DNA of 64,000 bases, from positions 12,524,001-12,588,000 of the forward strand of contig NC_042998.1 of assembly GCF_006345805.1 (NCBI RefSeq), in the 5' to 3' direction. A model generated the notes under the pieces. The model worked only from the letters and a program-made list of their open reading frames with translations, was not told the origin of the DNA and ran no database searches. Both the position numbers and the translations under genes were made by a program. Source of the DNA: Octopus sinensis. Its lineage: Eukaryota. This document shows positions 49,373 through 62,392 of the stretch, piece after piece (the stretch's first letter is position 1; the number at the start of each line of letters is the position of its first letter).

Positions 49373-49949
49373 GTTAGACCACCTCCAAATTTGGTGGAGG
49401 CATCGACGAAGATCCTCTATATCACTGTCTTTCGCATTTAAAAAATAAAAGCAATACAGCTTATAGAAAATCGAAGATTGTTAAGTTATATGTATTTTTT
49501 TATGTTCGAGTTAACTCATTTAAATCCAAATGAGTAAAAGTACATTTTTATTTCTATAATATAAAATAAAGGAAACAAGATAAAAAACTTTTTTTTGTAA
49601 TTAACACGGTGTTTATAATTATAAGAGAAAGAAAGAAATATGCTCTGAAATGAAAGGCCATGTCAAAATAATTGATCCATTAAGGGGTTAAAATGTAACG
49701 TAATTGCAATCTAGATAAAAATACATATAAGGGTTTTCCAGAGGTGACAATTTAAAAGTGAAATTACGCGTTTGTTCGACTTCAGAGAAAATTATGTACT
49801 ATTGATTTCTAATTCCTGCGTGTAACACATTTCAATAGATGAAGGACAGTCAATTTCGTGTAGGTATAGTTTTGTTCATGATCGATGAAAGAAAGAACAG
49901 GAAGAATTTCAAGTAAGAATCCAAAACAAAAATGTAGCTTACTGATCTA

Positions 49950-51197
49950 TCGGGTTGTGTCTGAAGTAAGAAACGTTTTGATACATGAAGAATATGTACT
50001 CGATTTTTGCAGAGTTTTGAATATTTTCAAACATTGGTTTGCAATTCTCTGATGATACAGACATAGACTTGCCCAAATGCATCAATAAATTAACATTGTT
50101 ATTCTTTTCACCGTTGTTACAATTATCTGAAATAAAACTGTCAAAGCGCGATATTCGAGCAATTTTGCTGTTCAACTTGAAGAAAGGGCAGCTGAAACTA
50201 CTCGCGATATCAACGAAATGTTTGGTGAGGAAATGATCAGTGAGTGGTCAGCTTGAAAATGGTTTGAACGATTTCGCAGTAGAGAGAACTGAGCCTTGAA
50301 GATCGTGAGCGTAGTGGACACAAAACTGTCATCGATGAAGGTCAATTAAATGCCGTCATTGAGAAAGATCCACGTAAAACCACTCAAGAACTGGCAAAAT
50401 AAAATTCAAGTTAACCAGACAACTTCCTGCAAGCATTTGTATGCGATAATAAAATGAAAAAAGCTCCACAAATGTGTACCACACGGTTTGAATGAAAATT
50501 AGAAAATACGCAGATATGAAATTTGCTCATCGCTTCTTCGCAGCCAGACCGATCTATTTCCCGACCATATTTTAACTTGCGATGAAAAGTGGATTCTGAA
50601 CAATAAACAAAAAACGTTCTTTGCAGTGGTTGGACCAAAATGAAGCACCGAAAACCTTCCCTAAATCCGAGGTTTTCAAAAAGAAGGTTATGGTGACTCT
50701 TTGGTGGCGTACTGCTGGACTCATCCACTATAACCTCTTAAAACTAGGAAAAGCCATTACTGCAGAAACATATTGCCATGACATTGCTATGAAAAACTAT
50801 TGCTTCTTCGTCCCAGACTGGTCAACAAACGAGAGCCAATTATTATTCATAACAATGCTGGACCACACGTTTCACTACTGACGCTCCAGAAGTTGAGGGA
50901 GCTTGATTATGAGGTTCTTCCCTACCCAGCTTATTCCCCAGATTTTTCTTCTACTGACTACCAGTTTTTCAAGCATTTTGATGGTTCCCTGCGAAAGAAG
51001 GAGTTAAAAAACCAAACAAATGCTGAACGTCCGTTGAAAGAATTCATCAGCTCCAGGACTTCAGATTTTATGCTGCCAGAATAAACAAACTTGTAAATTG
51101 TTGACAAAAATTTGTTGATTGTACTGATACTGACTTTGATGAATAAAACTTCCGAATTGTTGAAATATATTTGTTGCTTACTTTTTAATCCGCCTGA
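49950..51197 (+). mobile_element. Full-length degraded mariner element
   Basis: About 1.25 kb, decayed TIRs (tcgggttgtgtctgaagtaagaaac / gttgcttactttttaatccgcctga), TA flanks. Confidence 0.8.
50138..51146 (+). pseudogene. mariner DD34D transposase pseudogene
   Basis: SKRDIRAILLFNLKKG...CVPHGL (WVPHEL)...TCDEKW...KKVMVTLWW...HNNAGPH...PYPAYSPDFSSTDYQFFKHFD; multiple stops and frameshifts. Confidence 0.9.
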
Positions 51198-52014
51198 TAT
51201 TTAAAACTATTATAAATTATGACATTTGACAATCCTGGTGGCTTAAATATTTACTTAGGAAACAAAAGTCGACTGGTCTGCTTGTAAGTCTATGCTTGTT
51301 TCTAAATTTTAATTAGAGATTTTAAATGTCGGAAATTCACGACGAGACTTCACGCGTTCGATCAAATGAATTCTCTCTGCTCTTGAATTAAGTTGTGACT
51401 AGAAATTTCACAGACGCGTGTACACTTAATGCAATTCTAAGTCAGAATGAGTATGACGTATTTTGTGATAAGTGTGTACTTTTTGATTTACAGGTACAAT
51501 CCAACCGAAAAGATTCTATACATTTGTCTCCGATCCAACTTCGCTCTCAAAATTATCTGTCGAAGATAGGTTATTAGGGATCTCTGCTCAAGATAACGCG
51601 TTGTGAGAAAGAACCGGGACCCAGTTGTTTTTTAATCTAATTCATTAAACATTCCTCCATTCTAAGCTTATTGTATGATTATAGTATTTCTTCCAATGTT
51701 AGAGGTAAGTATGAAGATTTTATATTTTGACCATCCGTGAAATAATGGTATCTTTGTTATATCATCAGGTAGGCAACTGATAAAACTATCTGATATGGCA
51801 AAATATTTTACCGTATGAAATTTAGTAAGATTTTACGTTGATCCGGAATGTAATACTATTCCGTACGGAATAGTAGGAGTTTGCTTTTCGTTTGTACATA
51901 CTATGGAAAATAAGTATCTGTTAGATGTTTTGCCAATTTAATCTACTCTTCCTTTACACTTAATTTTCCGATTTCATTCTTGGTTAGAAAGCAATATTTT
52001 TACTGAGAGAAATA

Positions 52015-52862
52015 CAGGGTCAGGCAAAATGATCTGACACATTTGTAGGTTAAATAAAAGGCAAATGAAGTAAAGAAACAAAAAAGTGTTTTTATTTTTG
52101 AAAAGTACATATAATGCCATTTTGTTTCATTATGTTTTAAAAATTAAATCAGTCAAATGGGATCCATTATTGTCCACACACTGTCGAAGGCGTTCACTAA
52201 AGTTGTCAATAACTCGGCAGGTCATTTCATGTGAAATGGCAGTAATTTCTTGACGAATTGCATCTTTAAGTTGTTCAATAGATCGAGGGCGATTAATGTA
52301 TACCTTTGACTTGAGGTATCCCCAGAGAAAAAAATCGCACGGATTTAAATCAGGTGAACGGGCGGGCCAACCGATGTCACCACGCAATGAGATCAAATGA
52401 CCAGGGAACATATTCCCCAAAATCCCCATCGCACGTCGAGAAGTGTGGGCTGTTGCCCCATCCTGTTGAAACCAAACATTGTCCATATCGTGGAGCATAT
52501 TCAATTTTGGTCTGAGAAAAGTCTCTGATTTATATCCGTGCGATTTTTTTCTCTGGGGATACCTCAAGTCAAAGGTATACATTAATCGCCCTCGATCTAT
52601 TGAAAACTTAAAGATGCAATTTGTCAAGAAATTACTGCCATTCCACATGAAATGACCCGCCGAGTTATTGACAACTTTCGTGAACGCCTTCGACAGTGTG
52701 TGGACAATAATGGATCCCATTTGACTGATTTGAATTTTAAAACATAATGAAACAAAATGGCATTATATGTACTTTTCAAAAATAAAAACACTTTTTTGTT
52801 TCTTTACTTCATTTGCCTTTTATTTAACCTACAAATGTGTCAGATCATTTTGCCTGACCCTG
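52015..52862. mobile_element. Fold-back derivative of a DD41D (rosa/Visitor-type) Tc1/mariner element
   Basis: TA flanks; arms 52015-52353 and 52525-52862 with about 8 differences in about 338 bp. Minus strand encodes WFQQDGATAH...WPARSPDLNPCDFFLWGYLKSKVY with 41 residues between the second and third catalytic D. Confidence 0.9.
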
Positions 52863-54949
52863 TACAATCCAGCGGTAGGACATCCACATGTATTGTATCC
52901 TTTCGTTATCTAAGATGTCATCCTATGATTTGTGAGAACTTCTGCTGCCGTTTCTAGTCGGTCGTGCAACTATGCAGAATTATTCTCTTGCAGGCGCCCT
53001 TATAGGCATTGTTTAGGTTCTGTCCAGCAGGCGCTCGATAATCAATCATTGCTTAAGTTTTTTGTTTTGTTCATTTCTCACAGTATAATTTAAATAAGAA
53101 TGTAAGGTGTGATTTACGGGGTTCTTCATTTCTAAAAGAATTTAAACGTATTTCAAATAGGAATTTTAGTATCAATTCAGAGAAATTTGTGGTTTCGTTG
53201 CTTCAGTAATTGTTTTACTGTAAATATCTATTTTACATTGGTTATTACGGATCAAAGGTGTCTTCTTTCCTTTTCACCAAAGTATTCTGCATTGTGTACT
53301 TTCGTATCTGTTTGTTATTCACATACAAATACCGATATTGTATGTAATCACTCCTAACACTCAAAGCTCTCTGAACAAATTGTATATATGTAGTTGTAAC
53401 CTGTAATATTTTTCTTTGTTAAGTATTTTCAGTAAATATGGAAACAAAAATAAATGACTTTTAATATAAGTGATATCAAAATAAATACATAATGAAATCA
53501 TTTAAAGAATGTCTTTTAACTACGCCGAACTCAACAACTAAGACTCTTCAATGAATGTTTACAAAAATAAATTTTTGAAATAATTCGGTAAAATTTATGA
53601 CCAAAAATGAATTGAATATATATAGTAAAATAGCTTAAACCAAAATTATACAAATATGAAATGAAAACGCAAAAATTATCCAAGTAACATTGAAAATAAC
53701 TGAGATGAAAAGTTATTTTAAAATGAAAGGAAAACCAGTATATTTGCTCAATAACAACTAAATAATTGTACGGAAGATTAAAATAGTTATATAATTTTAT
53801 GAAAAGAAAGGGAAAAATACTACTGAAATTATTTTGAAATCAAAAAAAAAAAAAGAAAATTTTGCAAGACAAGGAAATATGCAAGTGCAGCCCTTCACTT
53901 CTGCGTTACCTTTATCTCGTGACAAGGATTTACACTTATCGAAAACATAATTGATCTCTCCTAATTTGGGGTCTATCATTTCTGTTTTACGGAAAAGTTT
54001 AAGAATTTTAAACTACACATTCTTCTCAGCTAAAGAGCATTTAAGCTAAGATAGAATTAGTTATCAATTTGAAAAATTATAATTTTGATACATACATATG
54101 TGTGCGCGAATGTGTGTGAATAGGGAGAGGGCAAATGCTTGTGTATATCTCACAGTAAACACGGAATGTGTCGTAAAAAATTTTCACGATCAACATTTGT
54201 GTGAATATCTATGTATCAATTCTACCTACCCATTTACATTAAACTTCAGAACTACTGTCTTTAATCAAAATCACTACAGCTAGTGTCAAAGCGAACATTA
54301 ATGCAACTACTACCAATAACAATCCATAAACTCTTTAATTACCAACACTATTGCAACAATAACAAATACAAGATAAGCCAACTCCATGTAAGATGGAAAA
54401 CAATCACTCGAGATAATGTGGTGCACTAGCGTATCTTAAATGTTGAATAACCTGTCATTGATCTTAGTTCAATGAGACCTGACTGGAAACTAAATAGCGT
54501 CATCAATGGAATTAACTAGAACATGACCAACAACAACAATATCCTCACCAGCATCAGCACGAAAACTAATACAACCACCATCTTCACTAGCAATTCACCA
54601 TATGTTAAATGAATAATTGACAGCAAAAATAATAGTATCATCATAATAGCATGCCTGTAGCTACATATGTTCTATAACAACAGACCAATCTGTGTGTTGC
54701 TTAGTGTAAAGGTTTTATGGCTCAAGTTAGAGGCGTCAGGGATGACGCACTCATGAACTTAGTAGTTCTGCAAGTAAATACTTCTAACAAGCTCAATTCT
54801 TCATGATTTTATCTTCTCATTTGCTTTTATAGCAATAAGGAATCAGTTTTTTGCTTCCAGAAACTACTTCTTTCCTGGTGGTAGCACTTACTACATATTT
54901 GTTGTGGATAATTCTTGACCGCGGCCACTGTTGTATTAATCTAGTATTT

Positions 54950-56190
54950 AAGTACCTTCAAAGAAGCAATGAAGTGGTAATAGCGTTTGCAGAGCGAAAA
55001 AGAATCGTAAAAAGATTACGTTAGTATTAAACTTGATACATTATACAAGAGAAAGAAGTCAGCCACATTACCAAAATATCGAAGATAGCAGCATCTACAG
55101 TGAGAACAATACGAGAGTGTTAGAATGAAATTAAGTGTTGAAAAGGTTGCTCTGTTCAATTTTCGGCTTTTAGTTTAATACATCTTCTGAAATACGTAGA
55201 ATAGAACGACACTTCGGTGTATAGATCAGTCATGAGCCACAAGGCATTGTACCGATAAGCACGATAGTAATTTTCTTTTAAAACCTGAAGTTTTGTATGG
55301 CGATTTTGAGATAAAGGGCGGTATCTAATGAAGGTTCTTTCTGGTTAGTAAAGCGTGAAATGTTTAAGAAAGACTCGAATTTGCATGACACAAAAGGACT
55401 GGCAAAGCTTCTATAGCTAATTCAAGGCTTCTACTAATCATTCTCAGTAACTTGGTTGTTGGGGACTATACACCAGAGTAAGTAAACAGTCTTGGTGAAT
55501 CAGTTTTTTTTCCCCAGAAGCACATGCATGCCGGGGTTTTCGAGAAGAAAAAATCAAAACCCGGTTTAAACATTCTAAAGCTTATCCTGGAAGGAAATAC
55601 CGTTGGTGATAGGAAATTGAATGCAACTATTGGTGTATCACTTTCAAGGGTTACACAAAGATTAATTTACCTCTGATTTGAGTGTTTTACAAACATTGTT
55701 TGACCTGCTATATAAAGAGTCAATGCCGCACGTAAGATCCATCAAAGTATTTTTCATATTACTTCCATTAACAACCCATGTGGGGCAGATGTTTTCTAGA
55801 ATGCAACTTCTTTTCTCCTACCAATAGATCAAAATGTAATAGCTAAATTGAAAGCATATTATCTAAGAACTTTCAAACAGTTTATGACTGAGGATAAACC
55901 TATAGTAAGAAACTGCTAGTAACCTATAGTTAGAAACTTCTAATAGAAGTTCCACATAACAAGTGCTATAGATAACATCCCATGATTAAGTAATATCCTC
56001 AACTATAAATGCTGTATGGCAAATATATGGTCTGAGTGTATTCTTAACTTTGTAAGTTTTCTACAATTCGAAAGGATATTGTTACAGAAATAATACCGGG
56101 TTTTGAAGAAATCATACAAGATAATGTGGTTGAATTACTAGTGTCTCTGAGTGATTGTTTATCTAACGAGGATGCGATATTGTTAGAAAA
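54950..56190 (+). pseudogene. Highly degraded pogo/Tigger transposase relic (left part)
   Basis: Fragments DQNVIAKLKAYYLRTFK, TINAVWQ and GFEEIIQDNVVELL...LSNEDAILL resemble the Tigger DDE and C-terminal region. Confidence 0.5.
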
Positions 56191-56214
56191 TAATAATAAT
56201 AATAATAATAATAA

Positions 56215-56245
<31 letters not shown>
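56189..56245. repeat. (AAT)n followed by (AAG)n
   Basis: About 9 AAT units then about 9 AAG units at the 5' junction of the truncated RLE element. Confidence 0.9.
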
Positions 56246-57716
56246 ACCAAAGCCAAACTTACAAATACTTAGGAATCCATGAACTAGATACGACACAACA
56301 CACACAAATGAAAGAGAAAATAAAAAAAGAATATTATAGACGAGTTAGATCAATACTAAACACAGAGCTGAATGATAAAAACAAGATAATAGGTATCAAC
56401 ACTTTAGCTGTCCCAGTTATAAGTTACAGCTACAATATCCTTAACTGGACACGAAATGAACTGACCAAAATAGACAGGAAAACAAGAAAAATAATGACAG
56501 GATCTAGGATGCATCACCCAAAATCTGACATAGAAAGACTATATATACAACGTATAGAAGGTGGTAGAGGCCTTATACAGCTGGAAAACTACTATAAAAT
56601 AACCACCATAGGACTGCAAAAATATCTACTTCAGAAGGAAGGAAAACTGATCCAGATAGCGGCAAAACACGAGCAAAACAAAAAACTGTTCTCAGTATTT
56701 AAGGAAGCTGACAAATACAAACAAGAAATCATACCACCTAATAAACATGAAGAAGAAGAAGAAGATGAAGAAACAACAAAAGCTATAAAAAAATGAAATC
56801 CAAACTAAAAATAGAACAGCAACGAACCACGATGAAAGGATGGCAAGAAAAGCCCCTTCATGGTAAATACTGGACTAAACTAAACGCAAAAGAAATAGAC
56901 AAAGAAAAATCCCAGCAATGGTTGAGAAGCTCAGGACTCAAAGCAGAAACAGAGGGATTTTTAATTGCAGCACAAGACCAAAACCTCCCCATCAGAAATT
57001 ACCAAAAACATGTAATGAAAAGAAATATTACAAGTAACTGCAGAATATGTGGAGATGGACAAGAAACAATAAATCATATTATCTCTAGCTGCCCAGTCCT
57101 GGCTAAGAAGGAATATATTCACAGACATGACAGAGTTGGAACTTACATACATTGGAAGCTATGCCAAGATTATGGAATAACAACAGAAAAAAGAGGGTAT
57201 AGGCACATACCAGAAAAGGTCACAGAAAACGAGAAAGCAACCATACTCTGGGATATGCCGATACACACAGATAGAGAAATTAAGGCCAACAGACCAGATA
57301 TAGTTTTCAGAGACCATGAAGAAAAAAAATGCTTTCTAATTGATGTATCAATACCGGCTGATGACAACGTGTCTCTAAAAGAAATGGAGAAACTCTCAAA
57401 ATACAAAGACCTGGAAATAGACGTAACTAGAATGTTGAATCTGAAAACAGAAACAATTCCTATCATAGTAGGTGCATTAGGCATGATAAAAAAATATTCA
57501 GACAAATACATAACAAAAACACCAGGACTTACAAACACATACAGAAAATTGCACTACTAGGCACTGCACACATCCTACGCAGAACACTTTCCATACAATA
57601 ACCATCAGAGCATCACAACAAATCACAGCACATACCCAAGGCACACAGAGCTGCGCTCGGTAGTGAAGTGAAAGCACGCTATAACAATAAAAATAAAACT
57701 ACTGAATAATAATAAT
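56244..57716 (+). mobile_element. 5'-truncated R4/Dong-like RLE retrotransposon (copy 1)
   Basis: Near-identical to about 60250-61709. One frameshift at about 56790 and a small deletion at about 57540; ends in (AAT)4. Confidence 0.9.
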
Positions 57717-60700
57717 AAGAGAGAACACCGGGGGACGTTTAAGATGTAAGAAGGAAAATTCAGAGCTCCGAAATCTATCCACAAACATCGAAAACAAGGA
57801 CATCCTATGGAGCCAAAGTTTTACTAACAAAGAATTGGACTGTATCCGAGTAAGTAATACTAATTGAAATTTATTACTATTTTCGAAACGAAATGATGTA
57901 TTTTGACTCGATATCATCTCCACCTCTAACGCAACACATGTAAACATGCGTGGAACATCACGATCATCCCCGACCCCAAACACCATGTACAAAGGAACTA
58001 CGAAGAAATTAAATGCCACCGATACTATTCAACCCAAGAATAACAATCGAGCGGTACGTACATTAAACTTACAACAAAAAATGTACGAAAAACTACACGT
58101 GCAAAATAATGTGACAACAGAAATAAACGGACCGGTACCCTACGAAAATGACGACCGTCAAAATAATGGGCCGGACGTTGTACCTTATGTCCCGCAAATA
58201 AAACCCAAAAGACGTAAATGGACACGTGAGGAATACATTTCTATCTTACACGCATACTTCACAGCAGTACTCTACCCCAAAAATGAAAATACAACAACAC
58301 ATACATATAAAATAGGGAAGGAAAATAATAGAGATATAGACTTGGATACAGCAATGAACCCTAATAAATTAGCTAACGTACGAAGATACATTCTCAACAC
58401 AAAAAAAAATATCAGAAATAGAAATAGAACACCTAAAAGAAAACATACACCAGGAAAATGTAGATAGAAGCCACACAACAATGCCCAATAATATAAACAC
58501 TGAAAATGTAAAACGCGAAGACAAACGCAACATTCCCAACAAACACGATGTAAACAACGAAGGGGAGCCTAATGATTATGATAATATAAAAAATAAAATA
58601 ATCAAAGAACTGAAAACCACAGAGCTCAAAATGGACCACCGACCATACCTCCCAAGAATCAAAATAAACGAAATAACAATACCTATTATAAACAGCATAA
58701 ACCTAGCCGTCACTGAACTGATAGCCACTGAATCAAAGAAAAGTGATATCACTGAGCTAAATAACTTGATATACGCAGCAGCCACTGCAGCCACAAAAGA
58801 AGCTGGATACTCACCCAAACCCGCCCAAACAGGAGTACCAGCACCCAAACAGGAGTACCACCACCCAAACAAACCCTGTGGATAAATAACATCCAAAGCA
58901 AAATGAAAAAAAATAGAAAAGACCTGTCGATTCTTAATGAAATCAGCAAACAATCAACGCTACTGAGCAACAAAAAGAGAACAAAAATACTCCGCAAATA
59001 TAACATCACAGAGAAAGATTTGCCTGAAATAAAAGAAAAGCTGAAGCAAGATATCCTTGCCAAAGCACAAAGGATCCGCCGGTACGAGAAACGCCAACGC
59101 TTCTTTGAACAAAACAAAAAGTTCAACTCCAACCCCAAAAAGTTCTACCAAGAACTGGGCAAAAATAAAATAGAAGTCACTGCAGCACCAACGGCAGAAG
59201 AATTGGAAGAATTCTGGAGAGAAATATGGTCGGCGAACGAACCACCAAAAAAAAGGAGTATCAAAATAACAAACTCGGCATCTGAACAACTTTGGACCCC
59301 CCATAACAACTGAAGAGGTCACCCAGGCACTGCAAAGACTAAGCAACTGGAAGGCACCTGGGCATGACAAGATCCCCAACTTCTGGTTGAAATATCTAAC
59401 AGGAATGCACAAAAAGCTGGCTGAAAATTTTAACAACGTACTAGCAGAGCCAGAAACAATGCCTGAATGGCTCACGAAGGGGAAAACCATCTTAATTCCC
59501 AAATCAAATGAAACAGAAAAACCAGAAAACTACAGACCAATAACCTGCCTCCCTAGTATGTTCAAGGCATTTACTGCAGTGATATCACAAAGGCTGAACA
59601 AGCACCTGGACGAAAACAAACTGTTCCCAGAAGAGCAGAAAGGATGCCGCAAAGGCTCATATGGCTGTAAAGATCAACTAATGATTAATAAAGCCATAAC
59701 TGAAGACAGCCACAGAAAGAAGAAAGGCCTCAGTATGGCTTGGATTGACTACAAAAAGGCGTTTGATAGCATCCCCCACACATGGATCTTCGAAACACTA
59801 GCCATTAACAAAGTAGCACCAACAATCATAAAATTCATAGAGCACTCTATGAATAAATGGCAAACAGTCCTACACCTCCAAACAAAAGAGGGACTCATGA
59901 AAACCAAAGACATCCCCATTAGAAGAGGAATATTCCAGGGTGACACTTTCTCTCCACTCCTTTTCTGCTTGGCACTGTCACCTCTATCTGATATGCTAAA
60001 TAGAACTGGATGCAGATATAAATGTTACGGCAAAACGATCAGCCACCTTTTATATATGGATGACCTAAAACTATACGCTGCAAATGACAAACAGCTGGAA
60101 ATACTATTAAAGACAGTTCATGGATTTACCAAAGAAATAAATATGAAATTTGGATTAGAAAAATGCGCCAAAGTAACCATGAAAAGAGGAAAACTAGTTA
60201 AGAGTAACAACATCACACTAGATAAAACCAATGAAATAAAAGAATTAGACCAAAATCAAACTTGCAAATACTTAGGAATCCATGAACTAGATAAGACACA
60301 ACACACACAAATGAAAGAGAAAATAAAAAAAGAATATTATAGACGAGTTAGATCAATACTAAACACAGAGCTGAATGATAAAAACAAGATAATAGGTATC
60401 AACACTTTAGCTGTCCCAGTTATAAGTTACAGCTACAATATCCTTAACTGGACACGAAATGAACTGACAAAAATAGATAGGAAAACAAGAAAAATAATGA
60501 CAGGATCTAGGATGCATCACCCAAAATCTGACATAGAAAGACTATATATACAACGTATAGAAGGTGGTAGAGGCCTTATACAGCTGGAAAACTACTATAA
60601 AATAACCACCATAGGACTGCAAAAATATCTACTTCAGAAGGAAGGAAAACTGATCCAGATAGCGGCAAAACACGAGCAAAACAAAAAATTGTTCTCAGTA

Positions 60701-61706
60701 TTTAAGGAGGCTGACAAATACAAACAAGAAATCATACCACCTAATAAACATGAAGAAGAAGAAGAAGATGAAGAAACAACAAAAGCTATAAAAAAAATGA
60801 AATCCAAACTAAAAATAGAACAGCAACGAACCATGATAAAACGATGGCAAGAAAAGCCCCTTCATGGTAAATACTGGACTAAACTAAACGCAAAAGAAAT
60901 AGACAAAGAAAAATCCCAGCAATGGTTGAGAAGCTCAGGACTCAAAGCAGAAACAGAGGGATTTTTAATTGCAGCACAAGACCAAAGCCTCCACACCAGA
61001 AATTACCAAAAACATGTACTGAAAAGAAATATTACAAGTAACTGCAGAATATGTGGAGATGGACAAGAAACAATAACTCATATTATCTCTAGCTGCCCAG
61101 TCCTGGCTAAGAAGGAATATATTCACAGACATGACAGAGTTGGAACCTACATACATTGGAAGCTATGCCAACATTATGGAATAACAACAGAAAAAAGATG
61201 GTATAGGCACACACCAGAAAAGGTCACAGAAAACGAGAAAGCAACCATACTCTGGGATATGCCGATACACACAGATAGAGAAATTAAGGCCAACAGACCA
61301 GATATAGTTGTCAGAGATCATGAAGAAAAAAAATGCTTTCTAATTGATGTATCAATACCGGCTGATGACAACGTGTCTCTAAAAGAAATGGAGAAACTCT
61401 CAAAATACAAAGACCTGGAAATAGAGGTAACTAGAATGTGGAATCTGAAAACAGAAACAATTCCTATCATAGTAGGTGCATTAGGCATGATAAAAAAATA
61501 TTCAGACAAATACATAACAAAAACACCAGGACTTACAAACACATATAACATACAGAAAATTGCACTACTAGGCACTGCACACATCCTACGCAGAACACTT
61601 TCCATACAATAACCATCAGAGCATCACAACAAAACACAGCACATACCCAAGGCACACAGAGCTGCGCTCGGTAGTGAAGTGAAAGCACGCTATAAAAATA
61701 AAACTA

Positions 61707-61709
<3 letters not shown>
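57717..61709 (+). mobile_element. Near full-length R4/Dong-like RLE retrotransposon (copy 2)
   Basis: Begins after (AAT)4 and has frameshifted N-terminal ORF pieces (KRRKWTREEY motif), RT, CCHC and RLE. Followed by (AAT)n at 61710-61790. Confidence 0.9.
59387..61612 (+). CDS. RT-zinc finger-RLE portion of R4/Dong-like ORF (open for 741 aa)
   Basis: YRPITCL...WIDYKKAFDS...GIFQGDTFSPLLFCL...LLYMDDLKLY...CRICGDGQETITHIISSC...RHD...RPDIVV...LIDVSIP...EKLSKY. The upstream part of the native ORF is frameshifted. Confidence 0.85.
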   Translation: MKYLTGMHKKLAENFNNVLAEPETMPEWLTKGKTILIPKSNETEKPENYRPITCLPSMFKAFTAVISQRLNKHLDENKLFPEEQKGCRKGSYGCKDQLMINKAITEDSHRKKKGLSMAWIDYKKAFDSIPHTWIFETLAINKVAPTIIKFIEHSMNKWQTVLHLQTKEGLMKTKDIPIRRGIFQGDTFSPLLFCLALSPLSDMLNRTGCRYKCYGKTISHLLYMDDLKLYAANDKQLEILLKTVHGFTKEINMKFGLEKCAKVTMKRGKLVKSNNITLDKTNEIKELDQNQTCKYLGIHELDKTQHTQMKEKIKKEYYRRVRSILNTELNDKNKIIGINTLAVPVISYSYNILNWTRNELTKIDRKTRKIMTGSRMHHPKSDIERLYIQRIEGGRGLIQLENYYKITTIGLQKYLLQKEGKLIQIAAKHEQNKKLFSVFKEADKYKQEIIPPNKHEEEEEDEETTKAIKKMKSKLKIEQQRTMIKRWQEKPLHGKYWTKLNAKEIDKEKSQQWLRSSGLKAETEGFLIAAQDQSLHTRNYQKHVLKRNITSNCRICGDGQETITHIISSCPVLAKKEYIHRHDRVGTYIHWKLCQHYGITTEKRWYRHTPEKVTENEKATILWDMPIHTDREIKANRPDIVVRDHEEKKCFLIDVSIPADDNVSLKEMEKLSKYKDLEIEVTRMWNLKTETIPIIVGALGMIKKYSDKYITKTPGLTNTYNIQKIALLGTAHILRRTLSIQ

Positions 61710-61767
<58 letters not shown>

Positions 61768-61789
61768 TTAATATTAATAATAATAAAGA

Positions 61790-62040
61790 TAAGTATATAG
61801 AAATTCTATTTACTCCGCTTAAACTTATTCTGGACAATATGGATAAGGGTTGGCACTTGTAGAGGAGATTTTTGCTATGAACACCCTTAATTGTAAATGT
61901 AACATAAGAGATGCAAGATGGGTTCACTACGAGCTCTGTCCCTACACTCAACTGTACAAAGAGACGTTGAAAATTTTAAGTCAGATATCCCGTAGGCATC
62001 GATACAGACGCCTCGTGTATATTTGTCTCTCCCAGGTCTT
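61790..62040 (+). pseudogene. Probable continuation of the Tigger relic (right part)
   Basis: LILDNMDKG..LVEEIFAMN...LCPYTQLYKE resembles the Tigger C-terminal helix; collinear with 54950-56190. Confidence 0.35.
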
Positions 62041-62317
62041 TTACTGATGAAGTGTAACCTATGGTAGATTGGCTTAATTTAATTTAATTAAGCTAATTTA
62101 ATCATTAATGACACAGAAACGTTGCAACGTCTAAAAGATGAATTAGGGTAAATGTTTTTAAATTTTCACCTAATTTCTGAATTACTAATACTTGGCGGTG
62201 TGAGTTATGGCTGCTCTTTCTGGTGGACGAGTGACCTGTTGGGGTTACTCCTAAATCGTTATATATCTATATATATATACACACACACACACACCTATAT
62301 ATATATATATATATATC

Positions 62318-62392
<75 letters not shown>

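Larger units (their letters stand above)
48051..49687 (+). mobile_element. Non-autonomous piggyBac element interrupted by CR1
   Basis: TTAA on both sides and a perfect 13-bp TIR ccccttaatggat/atccattaagggg. Retains only the transposase C-terminus. Confidence 0.9.

Noticed and set aside
52130-52720. 196-aa ORF as an intact transposase gene
   Set aside because: Its N-terminal third is the antisense of the duplicated arm; the DNA-binding domain and first catalytic D are missing.
52981-53060. Splice-acceptor-like tattctcttgcag
   Set aside because: No matching donor or coding signal follows; such motifs are common by chance.
57860-57890. Possible hammerhead in the 5' UTR of the R4/Dong-like element (ctaattga...cgaaac)
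   Set aside because: The core deviates from CUGANGA at several positions and no convincing stems I and III were found.
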